From positions 1,792,001 to 1,856,000 of the forward strand of contig OZ219747.1 in NCBI GenBank assembly GCA_964291265.2: a stretch of 64,000 nt of DNA, in the 5' to 3' direction. Source of the stretch: Alphaproteobacteria bacterium. Lineage in GTDB: Bacteria > Pseudomonadota > Alphaproteobacteria > SP197. Shown piece after piece: positions 11,439 through 21,754 of the stretch. Numbering within the stretch: the stretch's first letter is position 1; each line of letters starts with the position of its first letter. Below the pieces are notes generated by a model, which saw only the letters and a program-made list of their open reading frames with translations, had not been told where the DNA came from and ran no database searches. A program made the position numbers and the translations under genes.

Positions 11439-12559
11439 GCCGCGGCCTTCTCTGCCTTCATGGCGGCGACCTCGGCGGTGTCGAACAGTCTCAGGGACTC
11501 GGGATGGACCGCGCAGGTGACGGTGTCACCGACACCCGGCAGGCCTGCCGCGGCGAGTTCGGTATCGAGCTGCCGGTGGACGATGACCGGTCGTTCGGCT
11601 CCCACATCGAGGTCGATGCGGACCATGTTGCCGCTGAAGAAAAGCTCTTTCACGGTTCCCTGGAACGTGCTTGAACCCTCTCCGGCCGCGTCCTCCCCGG
11701 GCACCAGCCGGATCTTCTCGGGGCGCATGAACAGCGCTCGCGTGCCGCCTTCATCGGTGTTGCGGTCGAGCCGCAGGGTCATGGAGCCGGCGCATGCCAC
11801 GACATCGCCACGATCACGTCTGACCGTGGCAGGGATCATGTTCGAGGCGCCGAGGAACTCGGCCACGTAGGCCGTCCGGGGATGATCGTAGAGATCGGTC
11901 GGGGTGCCGATCTGTTCGATGCGGCCCGCATGCATCACCATGATGCGATCCGACATGATCATCGCTTCTGTCTGGTCGTGGGTCACCATCACGAAGGTGA
12001 TCCCCACCCGGTCGTGGATGTGACGCAGTTCGACCTGCATCGATTCCTTCAGTTTCGCGTCGAGTGCCGACATCGGTTCGTCAAGCAGCAGGATGCGTGG
12101 ATTGTTGACGAGCGCGCGGGCGAGCGCCACCCGCTGTTGCTGGCCCACCGAGAGTTCCGATGGAAAACGCGCGCCCATGCCCGAAAGCTCGATCATGTCG
12201 AGCATGGCGCGAACCCTCTCGGTGGTCGGCGCCTTACCGACGCCGACGATCTTCAGCCCGTACCCTATGTTCTCCTCGGCCGTCATGTGGGGGAACAGGG
12301 CAAAGTCCTGGAACATCATGTTCACCGGCCGACTGTACGGTGGATCGTTCGTGATGTCGCGGCCGTCGAGCATGACCGAACCGGCGTCGGGATATTCGAA
12401 TCCGCCGATCATGCGCAGTGTCGTCGTCTTGCCGCAGCCCGAGGGGCCGAGCATGGTCAGGAACTCGCCCTCGCGGATATCGAGCGAGAGGTTGTCGACC
12501 GCCAGGACGCCTCCCCGGAAGGTTCTGGAGAGGCCATGGAGTTCCAGGATGCTGGTCAT
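11435..12559 (-). CDS. ABC transporter ATP-binding protein (PotA-like)
   Basis: Walker A GPSGCGKTT, signature LSVGQQQR, LLLDEP, C-terminal TOBE-like region. Confidence 0.93.
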   Translation of the reverse strand: MTSILELHGLSRTFRGGVLAVDNLSLDIREGEFLTMLGPSGCGKTTTLRMIGGFEYPDAGSVMLDGRDITNDPPYSRPVNMMFQDFALFPHMTAEENIGYGLKIVGVGKAPTTERVRAMLDMIELSGMGARFPSELSVGQQQRVALARALVNNPRILLLDEPMSALDAKLKESMQVELRHIHDRVGITFVMVTHDQTEAMIMSDRIMVMHAGRIEQIGTPTDLYDHPRTAYVAEFLGASNMIPATVRRDRGDVVACAGSMTLRLDRNTDEGGTRALFMRPEKIRLVPGEDAAGEGSSTFQGTVKELFFSGNMVRIDLDVGAERPVIVHRQLDTELAAAGLPGVGDTVTCAVHPESLRLFDTAEVAAMKAEKAAA

Positions 12560-12580
12560 GTCTCGTGCTTCATGTCATCG

Positions 12581-12617
12581 GGCGGGCGGCCTCCTTCACC
12601 GGAAGGCCCGCCCGCCG
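12581..12617 (-). terminator. GC-rich stem-loop between SBP and ATPase genes
   Basis: GGCGGGCGG-CCTCC...GGAAGG-CCCGCCCGCC imperfect inverted repeat; typical SBP mRNA stabiliser/attenuator position. Confidence 0.5.
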
Positions 12618-12634
12618 TGGCGATGGACAGGTGA

Positions 12635-13690
12635 TCACTGGGCTGCCTTGATGGCGTTCCAGGTGTTGATGTAGGCGTCGACACGTGCCGGTTCCTCCCA
12701 CAGGACGAGCCCGTCGATGTACTTGAAGTCGGCCTGGTTCAACGCTTCGAAGGTCGCTTCATCGAGACATTCGCGGAGCACGACGGGGTTCGATCCGGAA
12801 TAGCCGGTCACGCCGACCACGCCGCACTGGCCACCGGATGACGTCGCGTAGTCGAGCCATGCGTAGGCACAATCAGCGTTCGGCGTGCCCTTGACGATCT
12901 GCCATGCATCAGCCCAGCCATCGGCCTTCTCGACCGGAATGAACTCGACCATCTCGATATCCTGTTCGGCCAGCAGAGAGGACTGGTATCCTCCCCAGGT
13001 GTTGGAAATCGTCACCTCGCCGTTGGCATAGAGGTTCACGAGTTCGCCTGCGGTCGACCAGAACTTGCGGATATGGGGCTTCAGGGCGACGAGCTTGTCG
13101 CGCACCGCGGCCAGCTGATCATCCGAGAGGTCGTAGACATTGACATCCGTGCCGAACAGCAGGCGGGCGACGATGTAGATGTTGGTCTTGTCGTCCCACA
13201 GGCTGATCCCGCCTGACAGGGACTCATCCTCCCAGAAGGAGGCGATGCTGTCGGGCGCCTGGTCGAACCGGTCCGCACGATACATGAACGGGATCGACCC
13301 CCATGTGAACGGAACGGCATAGACCCCGCCCTCGTGGTTGACGCCGACATGGTTGCGGAACTGTTCGTAGATGTTGTCCCACTGCTCGAGACGGCCGACA
13401 TCGATTTCCTCGACGAGTTCCGCCTTCATCAGGATCGTGGTGGTGTCAACCGATGGCGAGACGAGGTCGTAGACTCCGCCGCCCCCGGCAAGCTTGGCCG
13501 GGAACTCGTCGTTGGAGCCGACGTAGGTCGGTGTCACCACGCATCCCGTGGCCTCGGTGAACGGTTCGACAAAGCCGGGGTCGGTGTAACCTTCCCAGGT
13601 GAGGACACTGAGCTCGCCTTCGGCATGGGCCGTTGCCGCAAGGCCGATGACGAGGGCCGCGGCCGCGCGCTTGATGTTGGTCACGTCCAT
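12635..13690 (-). CDS. polyamine-type ABC substrate-binding protein (PotD/PotF family)
   Basis: Signal peptide ending AHA-EGE, LTWEGY, YDLVSPS, YAVPFTWG. Confidence 0.88.
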   Translation of the reverse strand: MDVTNIKRAAAALVIGLAATAHAEGELSVLTWEGYTDPGFVEPFTEATGCVVTPTYVGSNDEFPAKLAGGGGVYDLVSPSVDTTTILMKAELVEEIDVGRLEQWDNIYEQFRNHVGVNHEGGVYAVPFTWGSIPFMYRADRFDQAPDSIASFWEDESLSGGISLWDDKTNIYIVARLLFGTDVNVYDLSDDQLAAVRDKLVALKPHIRKFWSTAGELVNLYANGEVTISNTWGGYQSSLLAEQDIEMVEFIPVEKADGWADAWQIVKGTPNADCAYAWLDYATSSGGQCGVVGVTGYSGSNPVVLRECLDEATFEALNQADFKYIDGLVLWEEPARVDAYINTWNAIKAAQ

Positions 13691-13992
13691 GGGTCTTGAG
13701 TCTTCTCCGCTTGCTGAGTGTCCGGGGTGCCGGGGCGGCGCCCGCAGGATCCGCCCTCCATCTTGGAGCATGGATGCTTGTACCAGCAAGGCGAGTGGAA
13801 CGATACAGTGTCGTGGCCTGCCAGACCGCCCGGATTCCACGGGTCTCGGAGAGGATTCGGCCATCACCCCCCGCGCGCCGCTTGCCGGATGCTCCGCCAG
13901 GCCTTATGGATCGCCTGCGTCACGTACCGTCCCGTGTTCCGTCACGAGGCCCTTGGCGCTAGACTCGAAACCGGCGTGTGCGGATGGGTTCG

Positions 13993-14325
13993 ATGCCGAA
14001 AGTGACCTTCATCGTGCAGAGCGGGGAGCGCATCGAGATCGATGCGCCCGAAGGACTCTCCCTTCTCGAGGTCGCAAGGCGCTACGACATCGACATCGAG
14101 GGCGCCTGCGAGGGGTCGCTGGCCTGTTCCACGTGCCACGTCATCGTCGATGCGGAGGACTTCGAGCGCCTCGAGGAGCCCGGTGAGGACGAGGAAGACA
14201 TGCTTGATCTTGCCTTCGGCCTGACCCGCACCTCCCGTCTGGGATGCCAGATCCTGCTGACAGAGGAACTCGACGGACTGACCGTGACCTTGCCCCATGA
14301 AACCCGCAACATGCTCTTCGAGTGA
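13993..14325 (+). CDS. fdx: adrenodoxin/ISC-type 2Fe-2S ferredoxin
   Basis: [15 protein letters not shown] ... [18 protein letters not shown]. Confidence 0.95.
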   Translation: MPKVTFIVQSGERIEIDAPEGLSLLEVARRYDIDIEGACEGSLACSTCHVIVDAEDFERLEEPGEDEEDMLDLAFGLTRTSRLGCQILLTEELDGLTVTLPHETRNMLFE

Positions 14326-14335
14326 CGTGCCGACG

Positions 14336-15475
14336 ATGATTGCGGACCGTTCCAGGGGCAGCCGGACCATCGTCGCCATGTCCGGGGGAGTCGACAGTTC
14401 GGTGGTCGCTGCCCTCCTCAAGGACGGGGGCCACGAGACCATCGGCGTGACGCTGCAGCTCTACGATCATGGCAGGACGGTCTCACGTCCCGGCGCCTGC
14501 TGTGCCGGCGCCGACATCCGCGACGCCCGTCGCGTGGCGGCGACGCTCGACATACCGCACTATGTCCTCGACTACCAGGCGCGGTTCCGCACGTCCGTGA
14601 TGGAGGCGTTCGCCGACAGCTACCTTGCCGGTGAAACGCCGGTCCCGTGCGTGCTCTGCAACCAGGGAGTCAAGTTCTCCGACCTGCTGACGACGGCGCG
14701 TGATCTCGGTGGAGACTGCCTGGCGACCGGGCACTATGTGCGGCGTGTCGAGGGGCGCGACGGACCGGAGCTCCACTGCGGCGCCGAAACCGGCCGCGAC
14801 CAGAGCTACTTTCTCTTCCGCACGACCCGGCGCCAGTTGCAGGACCTGAGGTTCCCCCTGGGCGGCATGACCAAGGACGAGGTTCGGTCCTGCGCCAGGC
14901 GGTTCGGATTGCCGGTGTCTGACAAGCCGGACAGCCAGGACATCTGCTTCGTGCCGCAGGGGCGCTACACGGATGTCGTCGACCGCCTGCGCCCCGGCGC
15001 CATGGAGGCGGGCACGATCGTCGATCGTGCCGGCCGCTTTCTGGGTCACCATGACGGAATCGCCCACTACACCGTCGGGCAGAGACGGCGGCTCGGCATC
15101 GCGACGGGTGAGCCGCTCTTTGTCGTTCACCTGGATCCGGAACGCCGCCAGGTGACTGTCGGTCCCCGCGAGGCCCTTCTCTCGTCGGCCCTGACCATGC
15201 GCGACGTCAACTGGCTCGGCCGGGAAACCTTGCCGCGTGACGGCGTGGAATGCCGTGTCCAGCTGCGTTCGCGCCAGGAGCGCCTGCCGGCGCGCGTGCT
15301 GCCTCTTGCAGACAATCGCGCCAGGGTCGAGCTCGCCCGGCCCGCCGAGGCCATCGCCCCGGGCCAGGCCTGTGTCATGTACGATGGCAGCCGCCTGCTC
15401 GGCGGCGGCTGGATCGAAAGGCAGGGAGATCACGGTACCGTTCCACGTTGCGCAGGCGCCGATGTCTGCTCCTGA
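14336..15475 (+). CDS. mnmA: tRNA 2-thiouridine(34) synthase
   Basis: [53 protein letters not shown]. Confidence 0.95.
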   Translation: MIADRSRGSRTIVAMSGGVDSSVVAALLKDGGHETIGVTLQLYDHGRTVSRPGACCAGADIRDARRVAATLDIPHYVLDYQARFRTSVMEAFADSYLAGETPVPCVLCNQGVKFSDLLTTARDLGGDCLATGHYVRRVEGRDGPELHCGAETGRDQSYFLFRTTRRQLQDLRFPLGGMTKDEVRSCARRFGLPVSDKPDSQDICFVPQGRYTDVVDRLRPGAMEAGTIVDRAGRFLGHHDGIAHYTVGQRRRLGIATGEPLFVVHLDPERRQVTVGPREALLSSALTMRDVNWLGRETLPRDGVECRVQLRSRQERLPARVLPLADNRARVELARPAEAIAPGQACVMYDGSRLLGGGWIERQGDHGTVPRCAGADVCS

Positions 15476-16195
15476 CGGGAGGGGCCGGACATGGTGGTCA
15501 CCGGCAGGGTCCGCCGCCTGACCGGTCATGTCGGCATCGATGTCGCCTGGGATCCATCTGCGGCGCCCTGACGACGGCGTGGTCGCCGCCCAGGCGCCAG
15601 GCATGGTCCGAGCACGGGGTCGGGTGGAAAGTCGCCGGTCCCGTTCCCGAACGTGAACGTCTGATACCGAGGTGACGGATAGCCCCGGAAGTCCACGCCC
15701 ATGCAGAACGTTTGGACGCCCCGCATGGCAACGCGGAAGCTTCCGGAATGCGTTGCTGCCGGAGGGCAGATCAGCACTCGTCCGTGCCGGTCTGATCGTC
15801 GGCGCGTGACGACCGGCAGGAGGCTTCTCGATTTCCCCACGCCCCTGTCTTCCCGGTGTGTCGACGCACTCCACGTTTGGTGCAACCGGCCTTGCGGCCG
15901 GAGAGGAAGGCATGGGGGAGAGGCCCCTGGCAATGCCATCAAGCGCCCTGCGCCGCATCGCTCCCGACACTCTGGCTGCGGCGTGCAGCGCACGTGTTCT
16001 CGACGGCTTCCCTGGTGCGCCCGCGGAAAAGGATCGCTTGAGGCATGGCAGCCCCTGCCGCCACGAGATCGATCGTCTCACCGATCTGGCGGGTCACACC
16101 CCGGACATCGACTGGCAGGAAGGCGGCTCAGCCCGAAGTTGCGAACGACTTCCAGATGATGGTCGCGTCACGTCGTTGACCTTGCGTGGGAAAAT

Positions 16196-16281
16196 GTTCG
16201 GTCAAGGGGTGATGAGGATGACGGTGGCGCCCACGCACCGTCCCGGATCTCGCACGCATGCGCTCAGTTCCACCGTGTCCC
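16196..16281 (+). repeat. dispersed ~90-bp repeat, copy 1
   Basis: GTTCGGTCAAGGGGTGATGAGG is identical (22 nt) to the reverse complement of 57030-57051 and similar to 54465-54560. Confidence 0.75.
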
Positions 16282-16369
16282 TGTCACTGTGTGACCGAAC
16301 GCTTGCAAATGCAGTGCCTGGAGGGCTTATGCATCCCCCTTGATCCCTTATGGAACAGTGTTTTTCGGC

Positions 16370-16630
16370 GGCAAGGCGGCTATCGATACATGGATCGAGG
16401 AGACGGTAGCGCTGTGTCGCGAGCGGTGTGAATTCTTGTTGGACTTGACGGAAGCCGAACGCGACTTCCTCGACGGCGGCCTGGCACGCGGCGAAGTGAA
16501 CAGTGACCTTCTCGATACAAGTTCAGATCTGCGAGCCCGCATTTCCGCCATGCCGATGCTCGCCTGGAAATGTCAGAATGTGCACAGGCACCAAGACCCT
16601 GACCATTACAACAAGACGAGTCTTGCCTGA
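16370..16630 (+). pseudogene. C-terminal remnant of AbiEii-like nucleotidyltransferase toxin
   Basis: CRERCEFLLDLTEAERDFLD...GEVNSDLL...RISAMPMLAWKCQNV resembles an AbiEii C-terminus; no N-terminal part present. Confidence 0.5.
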
Positions 16631-16820
16631 CTGCCCATCGTCGGAAAGCTAGAGGCGGACTCCGCCGCTCATGGTCTGCTGGCGGCCTGGACTTCAACCG
16701 GAATGCACTACGGATCAGCCGCCATGCTTGGCCGGCAAACCGGAACCGCCTCAAGGCACACACTCCCCGCGACCGGGACCTGGGAGAAGGCCCTTGTCGC
16801 GGGGCGAGCGGCGCCATGCG

Positions 16821-18110
16821 TCAGGCGACGACGAAGGAGAAATCGTTCTCGTCGACCGTCGTCACGCTCCACAGGACAATCACGTCATCGCCGTCCCCGT
16901 AGCGCACATCGGTTCCAAGGCCATCGTCCCTCTGCCGGATGTCGAGCCCGTCGAACCCGCCGCTCACGCCGCGCAACTCGATGATGTCGCCGTCCCCGAA
17001 GCCGGAGACATGGTCGCTTCCATCCCCGATCGAGAACACGAGCGTGTCATTGCCGAGTCCCCCATAGTAGCAGTCGTATCCCTCGCCGCCGATGAGGCGG
17101 TCGTCGCCCTGGCCGCCCTCGAGATGGTCCACGCCCTTGCCGCCATAGAGGGTGTCGTCGCCCATGCCGCCGAAGAGCTTGTCCTTGCCCTTGCCGCCAT
17201 GGAGCGTGTCGTCGCCCATGCCGCCGTCGATGAAATCGTCTCCCCGCTTGCCGTGGATCAAGTCGTCGTCGGTGACATCCTCCATCTCATGGCGCACCTG
17301 ATCGGCAGAGGCATTGCTCGTCCCGCCATAGAGCTGGTCGTTGCCGCTGCCGCCCCGCAGCGTGTCGTTGCCCATGCCGCCGGACAGCAGATCGTTGGCC
17401 TTGCTGCCCCTGAGAGTGTCGTCGCCGTCGCCGCCGGTGAGCGTGCGGCCGTCGACCGGGCCGCCATGCTCTTCCGCTGGGGAGAGCGGCACAGATCCGG
17501 CGCTCTGCTGCTGCGCCTGTTCGCCGTGGTCATGTTCCGGCGCACCCTGCGCGGGCACGGCGGTCTGCAGCGCATCACCGGACGGCATGCCGTCGTCCTC
17601 GCAGTCCTCGCAGTCCTCCATGAACCGGAAGTCGCTTTCGTCCAGATCGGCGGGGGCGACGCCCCACAGGATGATCATGTCACCGCCGTCGCCATAGTGG
17701 ACCTCGGTGCCGAAGGCTTCGTCGTGCGCCCGGATTTCAAGCCCGGCGAACCCGCCCTCGATCCCGCGGAACTCGATGATGTCGCCGTCGCCGAAGTCGG
17801 AGACCTGATTCCAGTTCCCGTCGCCGGCCATGAACACGAAGGTGTCCGCACCCAGCCCGCCGTAGAGGTTGTCGTTGCCCCGGCCACCGATGAGTCTGTC
17901 GTTGCCCTGACCGCCGTAGATGCAGTCCTTGCCATCAAGGCCGAACAGGATGTCGTCGCCATCGTCGCCGTAGAGGGTGTCGCTCAACTGGCTGCCCGTC
18001 AGGGTGTCGTCGCCCTTGCCGCCATCGAGCTCACTGTCGAGCGGGCCGGCGGCATGCGTGTCGTCGCCGTCGGTGCCTTTCCAGTGGACCTGTCTTTCGT
18101 CCTGGGCCAT
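16821..18110 (-). CDS. RTX Ca-binding repeat protein (T1SS substrate) with two duplicated modules
   Basis: Many GGxGxDxL nonapeptides; C-terminal ..DFSF.. Confidence 0.9.
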   Translation of the reverse strand: MAQDERQVHWKGTDGDDTHAAGPLDSELDGGKGDDTLTGSQLSDTLYGDDGDDILFGLDGKDCIYGGQGNDRLIGGRGNDNLYGGLGADTFVFMAGDGNWNQVSDFGDGDIIEFRGIEGGFAGLEIRAHDEAFGTEVHYGDGGDMIILWGVAPADLDESDFRFMEDCEDCEDDGMPSGDALQTAVPAQGAPEHDHGEQAQQQSAGSVPLSPAEEHGGPVDGRTLTGGDGDDTLRGSKANDLLSGGMGNDTLRGGSGNDQLYGGTSNASADQVRHEMEDVTDDDLIHGKRGDDFIDGGMGDDTLHGGKGKDKLFGGMGDDTLYGGKGVDHLEGGQGDDRLIGGEGYDCYYGGLGNDTLVFSIGDGSDHVSGFGDGDIIELRGVSGGFDGLDIRQRDDGLGTDVRYGDGDDVIVLWSVTTVDENDFSFVVA

Positions 18111-18243
18111 CAGTGCTTTCCTCTCTTCATGAATCTGTCATGGGGCTGTCGAACATGCTTCAATATGGCAACCCTGCCTCATGAACCCTGGGAGTGTCAA
18201 CTGCCGCCATCATGCGTCAATGAGGATCCGGCCGGGCCATGGC

Positions 18244-18290
18244 CTGCAACGATGCTCTGCAACGATGCTCTGCAACGATGGTCTGCAACG
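18244..18290. repeat. 13-bp tandem repeat (CTGCAACGATGCT) x ~3.6
   Basis: Units start at 18244, 18257, 18270 (one mismatch) and 18283 (partial). Confidence 0.9.
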
Positions 18291-18596
18291 GATTGTGCCG
18301 ACAATCCGTCCCGTGAGCCATGATCAACCAGGTGAAGGACATGGCCGCGATCCTTGTGACAGCGGCAGGCTGCCGGGGCAGTGTGCTGTATCCTGCATGC
18401 CCGAGAGCCAACCTGCCTGTTCATCGTATTCGGCTCGAAGCCGCGTGTTCCGGGCCTCACCGCTTGCGATATCGGGTGCGCCACGAGACCGCCCAGGCCG
18501 TCATGAACGGCGGTTCCCGCCGGCCAGGCGGTGCGTGGCCTGACGGCGCCGTCCCCCGGACCGGGCGCACGTTGTGCCCCCTTTCCCCGGGGGGCT

Positions 18597-19898
18597 TCAC
18601 TCCTCGCGGAAGGCGTGCCGGACATAGTCCGTGAAGGGGTCGAGCAGAAAGGCAAGGGGGGTGCGGGCGCGGGTCTGGATGAAGGCCTCGACCGGCATGC
18701 CGGGGACGATGCCGCGCGCCCGGGCCGCGGCCTCGGAATCCTCGCTCAGGACGATGTCTGCAGTGTAGTAGCGTGCGCCGCTGACCTCGTCGACCAGCGC
18801 GTCGGCCGACACCGTGCGCAACCGCCCGGTGAACTCCGGCGCGTTGCGCAGGTTGAAGGCGGGGAACACCACCGTCACCTCCTGCCCGGCCCAGACCTCG
18901 TCGATCCGCCCCGCCTCGACCCGGACCCTGGGCGCCAGCGGCACCCCTTCGGGCACGATCGCCGCCACCTCGGTCCCCGCCGGGATCACTCCGCCCACGG
19001 TGAACACCCGCAGCCCGTGCACCACGCCCGCCATCGGCGCCCGCAGCACGAGTCGGGACAGGCGGGTCTCCACCACCCGGAGGCGCTCGGCGAGTTCGGC
19101 CTCGCGTGGCTGCAGCGTGCGCATCTCGCCCTGGGCCTGCTCGCGGTGCTCCGCCAGCAGGCGCAGACGCTCGATCTCGTAGGAGGCCAGCGCGCTGCCG
19201 CCCCGAGCGGTCTCCGCCTCCAGTTCGCCGAGCACGCCCCTGAGATGAGCCTCCTCCCGGAGCAGACGCGACAGTTCCGGTTTCCGGGCCAGGCCCTTCT
19301 CGAGCAGCCACTGCTGGTCCTGGACCTCCGCCCCGATCAGGGTCAGCTGGTCCTGCACGGCCTTCGTCTGCAGCCGAAGCGCTTCGATGAGGGCCGTGGT
19401 CTGCGCCTTGCGTTCCCCGATCTGCGCCACCGTCTGCATCAGCAACTCGCGCCCGTTCTCGAACAGACGCCGCTCGCCGGCCAGCAGGGACGCCAGCACC
19501 GGGTTGCCCTCGGCCGCCGCCGCGTCCCGGAACGAGACCTCGTCAGCGGACCGGGCCTGCGACGCCAGACGGTCGATGCGCGCCCGCGTCTCCTGCAACT
19601 GCCGCACCAGGATCGCCCGCTCGGCCGCAAGCCCCGTGGCGTCGAGCTCCATGATCGCTTCCCCCGCCTCGACACGCGATCCGTCGCGCACCAGCAAGGC
19701 CGCCACGACACCCCCGTCGGGATGCTGGATCGCCTGGCGCCGCGATTCCAGCTCCATGCTGCCCGAGGCGATCACCGCACCGTGAATCTCCGCCAGGGAG
19801 GCCCACACCAGCGCCCCCGCAAAACCCACGCCAAGCATCACAAGCCCAAGCCGAACCGGACCGCGTACCGGCCAGGACCGCTGTCCCGCCTCACTCAC
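18597..19898 (-). CDS. HlyD/PrtE-family T1SS membrane fusion protein
   Basis: GAVIASG, IQHPDGGVV, coiled-coil, LRAPMAGVV, PGMPVEAFI, AFREE end; GTG start overlaps the ATPase stop. Confidence 0.92.
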   Translation of the reverse strand: MSEAGQRSWPVRGPVRLGLVMLGVGFAGALVWASLAEIHGAVIASGSMELESRRQAIQHPDGGVVAALLVRDGSRVEAGEAIMELDATGLAAERAILVRQLQETRARIDRLASQARSADEVSFRDAAAAEGNPVLASLLAGERRLFENGRELLMQTVAQIGERKAQTTALIEALRLQTKAVQDQLTLIGAEVQDQQWLLEKGLARKPELSRLLREEAHLRGVLGELEAETARGGSALASYEIERLRLLAEHREQAQGEMRTLQPREAELAERLRVVETRLSRLVLRAPMAGVVHGLRVFTVGGVIPAGTEVAAIVPEGVPLAPRVRVEAGRIDEVWAGQEVTVVFPAFNLRNAPEFTGRLRTVSADALVDEVSGARYYTADIVLSEDSEAAARARGIVPGMPVEAFIQTRARTPLAFLLDPFTDYVRHAFREE

Positions 19899-21681
19899 CG
19901 CCCGACGCCCCTTCCCGGTCCCCGGCATCCGCAACCGCCCGCGGCGACCCCTCGCCGCGCTCCACGACCAACCGCGGCTGCGGCCCCGGAAGGCGCGCCA
20001 GAACCGATGCCACCGAACCGAACATCTGCAGGCGACCATCCTCCAGAACCGCGATCCGGGCGCACTCGGCCAGCATCGCGCGGCGGTGCGCCACCACCAC
20101 GACCGCACACCCCAGCGCCTTTGCCCCGGCGATCGCACGGTTGAGCGCCTGGGTGCCCGTATCGTCCAGCCCCGCGTCCGGTTCGTCCAGCACCAGGAGC
20201 ACGGGATTGCCGTATAGCGCCCGCGCCAGACCGATGCGCTGGCGCTGCCCGCCCGACACGCCGCCGTCGCCGCCCGTCAGCATCGTGTCGTAGGCGTCCG
20301 GCAGCGACAGGATCATCTCGTGCGCCCCGGCCGCCTTGGCTGCCCGCACCACCGCCTCCTCGCCCCCGTCGGGGACGAAACGCGAAATGTTCTCCGCCAC
20401 GCTGCCGGGGAACAGGACCACATCCTGAGGCAGGTAGCCCAGATGCTCCCGCCACAGCGTCTCTCCCCAGGCCGCGAGTTTCGCCCCGCCAAGCCGGACC
20501 TCGCCCTGCGCCGGCAGCCACAGGCCGGCAAGCGCCTTCACAAGCGTCGACTTGCCCGCACCGCTCGGACCCACGACCGCCACCGCCTCGCCCGGCGTCA
20601 CGTCGAAGGTCACACCGCGCAGCAGCACATCCCGCCGCGTCGGGGACAGCACCGTCAGGTCGCGCACCACCAGATGCGCCGCGGGACGCGGCAGCGCCAT
20701 GGGCGCAATCTCCGGCGGCACCTCCGCCAGGAGCCGCGACACCGACAGCCAGCCCGCCCGCGCCCGCTGGATCAGCGCCGACTGCGCGATCGTCTGCTCC
20801 AGGGGCTGCAAGGCCCGGCCCAGCAGGATCGAGGCCGCGATCATCGCCCCCGCCGTCAACTGGCCCTGCAGAACCAGCCAGGCGCCGAGACCGAGCATCC
20901 CCGACTGCAGCAGAAGACGGAACGCACGGCTCGCCGCCGTGTACCCGCCGCCCGCGTCCGCCGCCCGCATCGACTGGTTGAGGGACGCGCCGCGCAACTC
21001 CTTCCAGCGCGACCGAAGCGGTCCCGCCATGCCGAGGCCCGTCACCGTCTCCAGCTCGCGCCGGACATCCTCGGCCCGGCGGGAGGCCTCCGCGGAGAGA
21101 CCGGCTGCCTGATCCTGCGGCTTGCGAGTCGCCCACCGGTTCGCCAGCGCCAGCGCCACCAGGACGACTGCGCCGGCAACCGCCAGCCACCCCAGAAGCG
21201 TATGGAAGATGAAGATGATCGCCACGAAGAACGGCGTCCAGGGCAGGTCCATGATGGCGCCGGGCGCCGGAGACGCGAGAAACGCGCGCACCGTCTCCAG
21301 GTGCTGGAGCGCCTGTCCCGGATGGCCGCGCCGGGACGGGTCGCGCGCCGCCTTGCCGGCGGCATCGAACACCCGTTCGTCGAGTGCCTCCTGAAACCCC
21401 GCGCCGACCCGCGACAGGATGCGCCCGCGAAGACTGTCGAGCAGGCCCTTCAACCCGTAGAGATACACCACGAGGGCCAGCAGCATCACGAGCGTCGCCT
21501 CCGACCGGCTGGTCAGGATGCGATCGTAGATCTGCAGCATGAAGAGCGGGCCGGTGAGCATGAGGAGGTTCACCACCGCGCTCAGCATCACCACAACGAC
21601 CAGAGCGCCGCGATACCGCAGGAGCGCCGCGCGGGGCTGCAATCCCGATCGCAGGGAGGGCTCGGAACGTCCAGTCTTCAT
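19891..21681 (-). CDS. PrtD-family T1SS ABC permease/ATPase
   Basis: NLLMLTGPLFMLQIYDRIL, DLPWTP, GPSGAGKST, SGGQRQRIGLARA, LDEP. Confidence 0.93.
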   Translation of the reverse strand: MKTGRSEPSLRSGLQPRAALLRYRGALVVVVMLSAVVNLLMLTGPLFMLQIYDRILTSRSEATLVMLLALVVYLYGLKGLLDSLRGRILSRVGAGFQEALDERVFDAAGKAARDPSRRGHPGQALQHLETVRAFLASPAPGAIMDLPWTPFFVAIIFIFHTLLGWLAVAGAVVLVALALANRWATRKPQDQAAGLSAEASRRAEDVRRELETVTGLGMAGPLRSRWKELRGASLNQSMRAADAGGGYTAASRAFRLLLQSGMLGLGAWLVLQGQLTAGAMIAASILLGRALQPLEQTIAQSALIQRARAGWLSVSRLLAEVPPEIAPMALPRPAAHLVVRDLTVLSPTRRDVLLRGVTFDVTPGEAVAVVGPSGAGKSTLVKALAGLWLPAQGEVRLGGAKLAAWGETLWREHLGYLPQDVVLFPGSVAENISRFVPDGGEEAVVRAAKAAGAHEMILSLPDAYDTMLTGGDGGVSGGQRQRIGLARALYGNPVLLVLDEPDAGLDDTGTQALNRAIAGAKALGCAVVVVAHRRAMLAECARIAVLEDGRLQMFGSVASVLARLPGPQPRLVVERGEGSPRAVADAGDREGASGGE

Positions 21682-21697
21682 GATGAGTGAAACTTGT

Positions 21698-21735
21698 GAG
21701 TGCGGCCGCCCTTCACCCGAGGGGCGGCCGCACTC
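21698..21735 (-). terminator. strong hairpin between RTX gene and T1SS ATPase
   Basis: GAGTGCGGCCGCCC...GGGCGGCCGCACTC perfect 14-bp arms. Confidence 0.7.
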
Positions 21736-21754
21736 TTCCGGCTGGCCGGTCGGC

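Noticed and set aside
15480-16190. TA-like peptide fragments (e.g. HTPDIDW) after mnmA
   Set aside because: Too short and degenerate to assign
18244-18290. Possible CRISPR array
   Set aside because: Contiguous 13-bp units without spacers; no cas genes in the window
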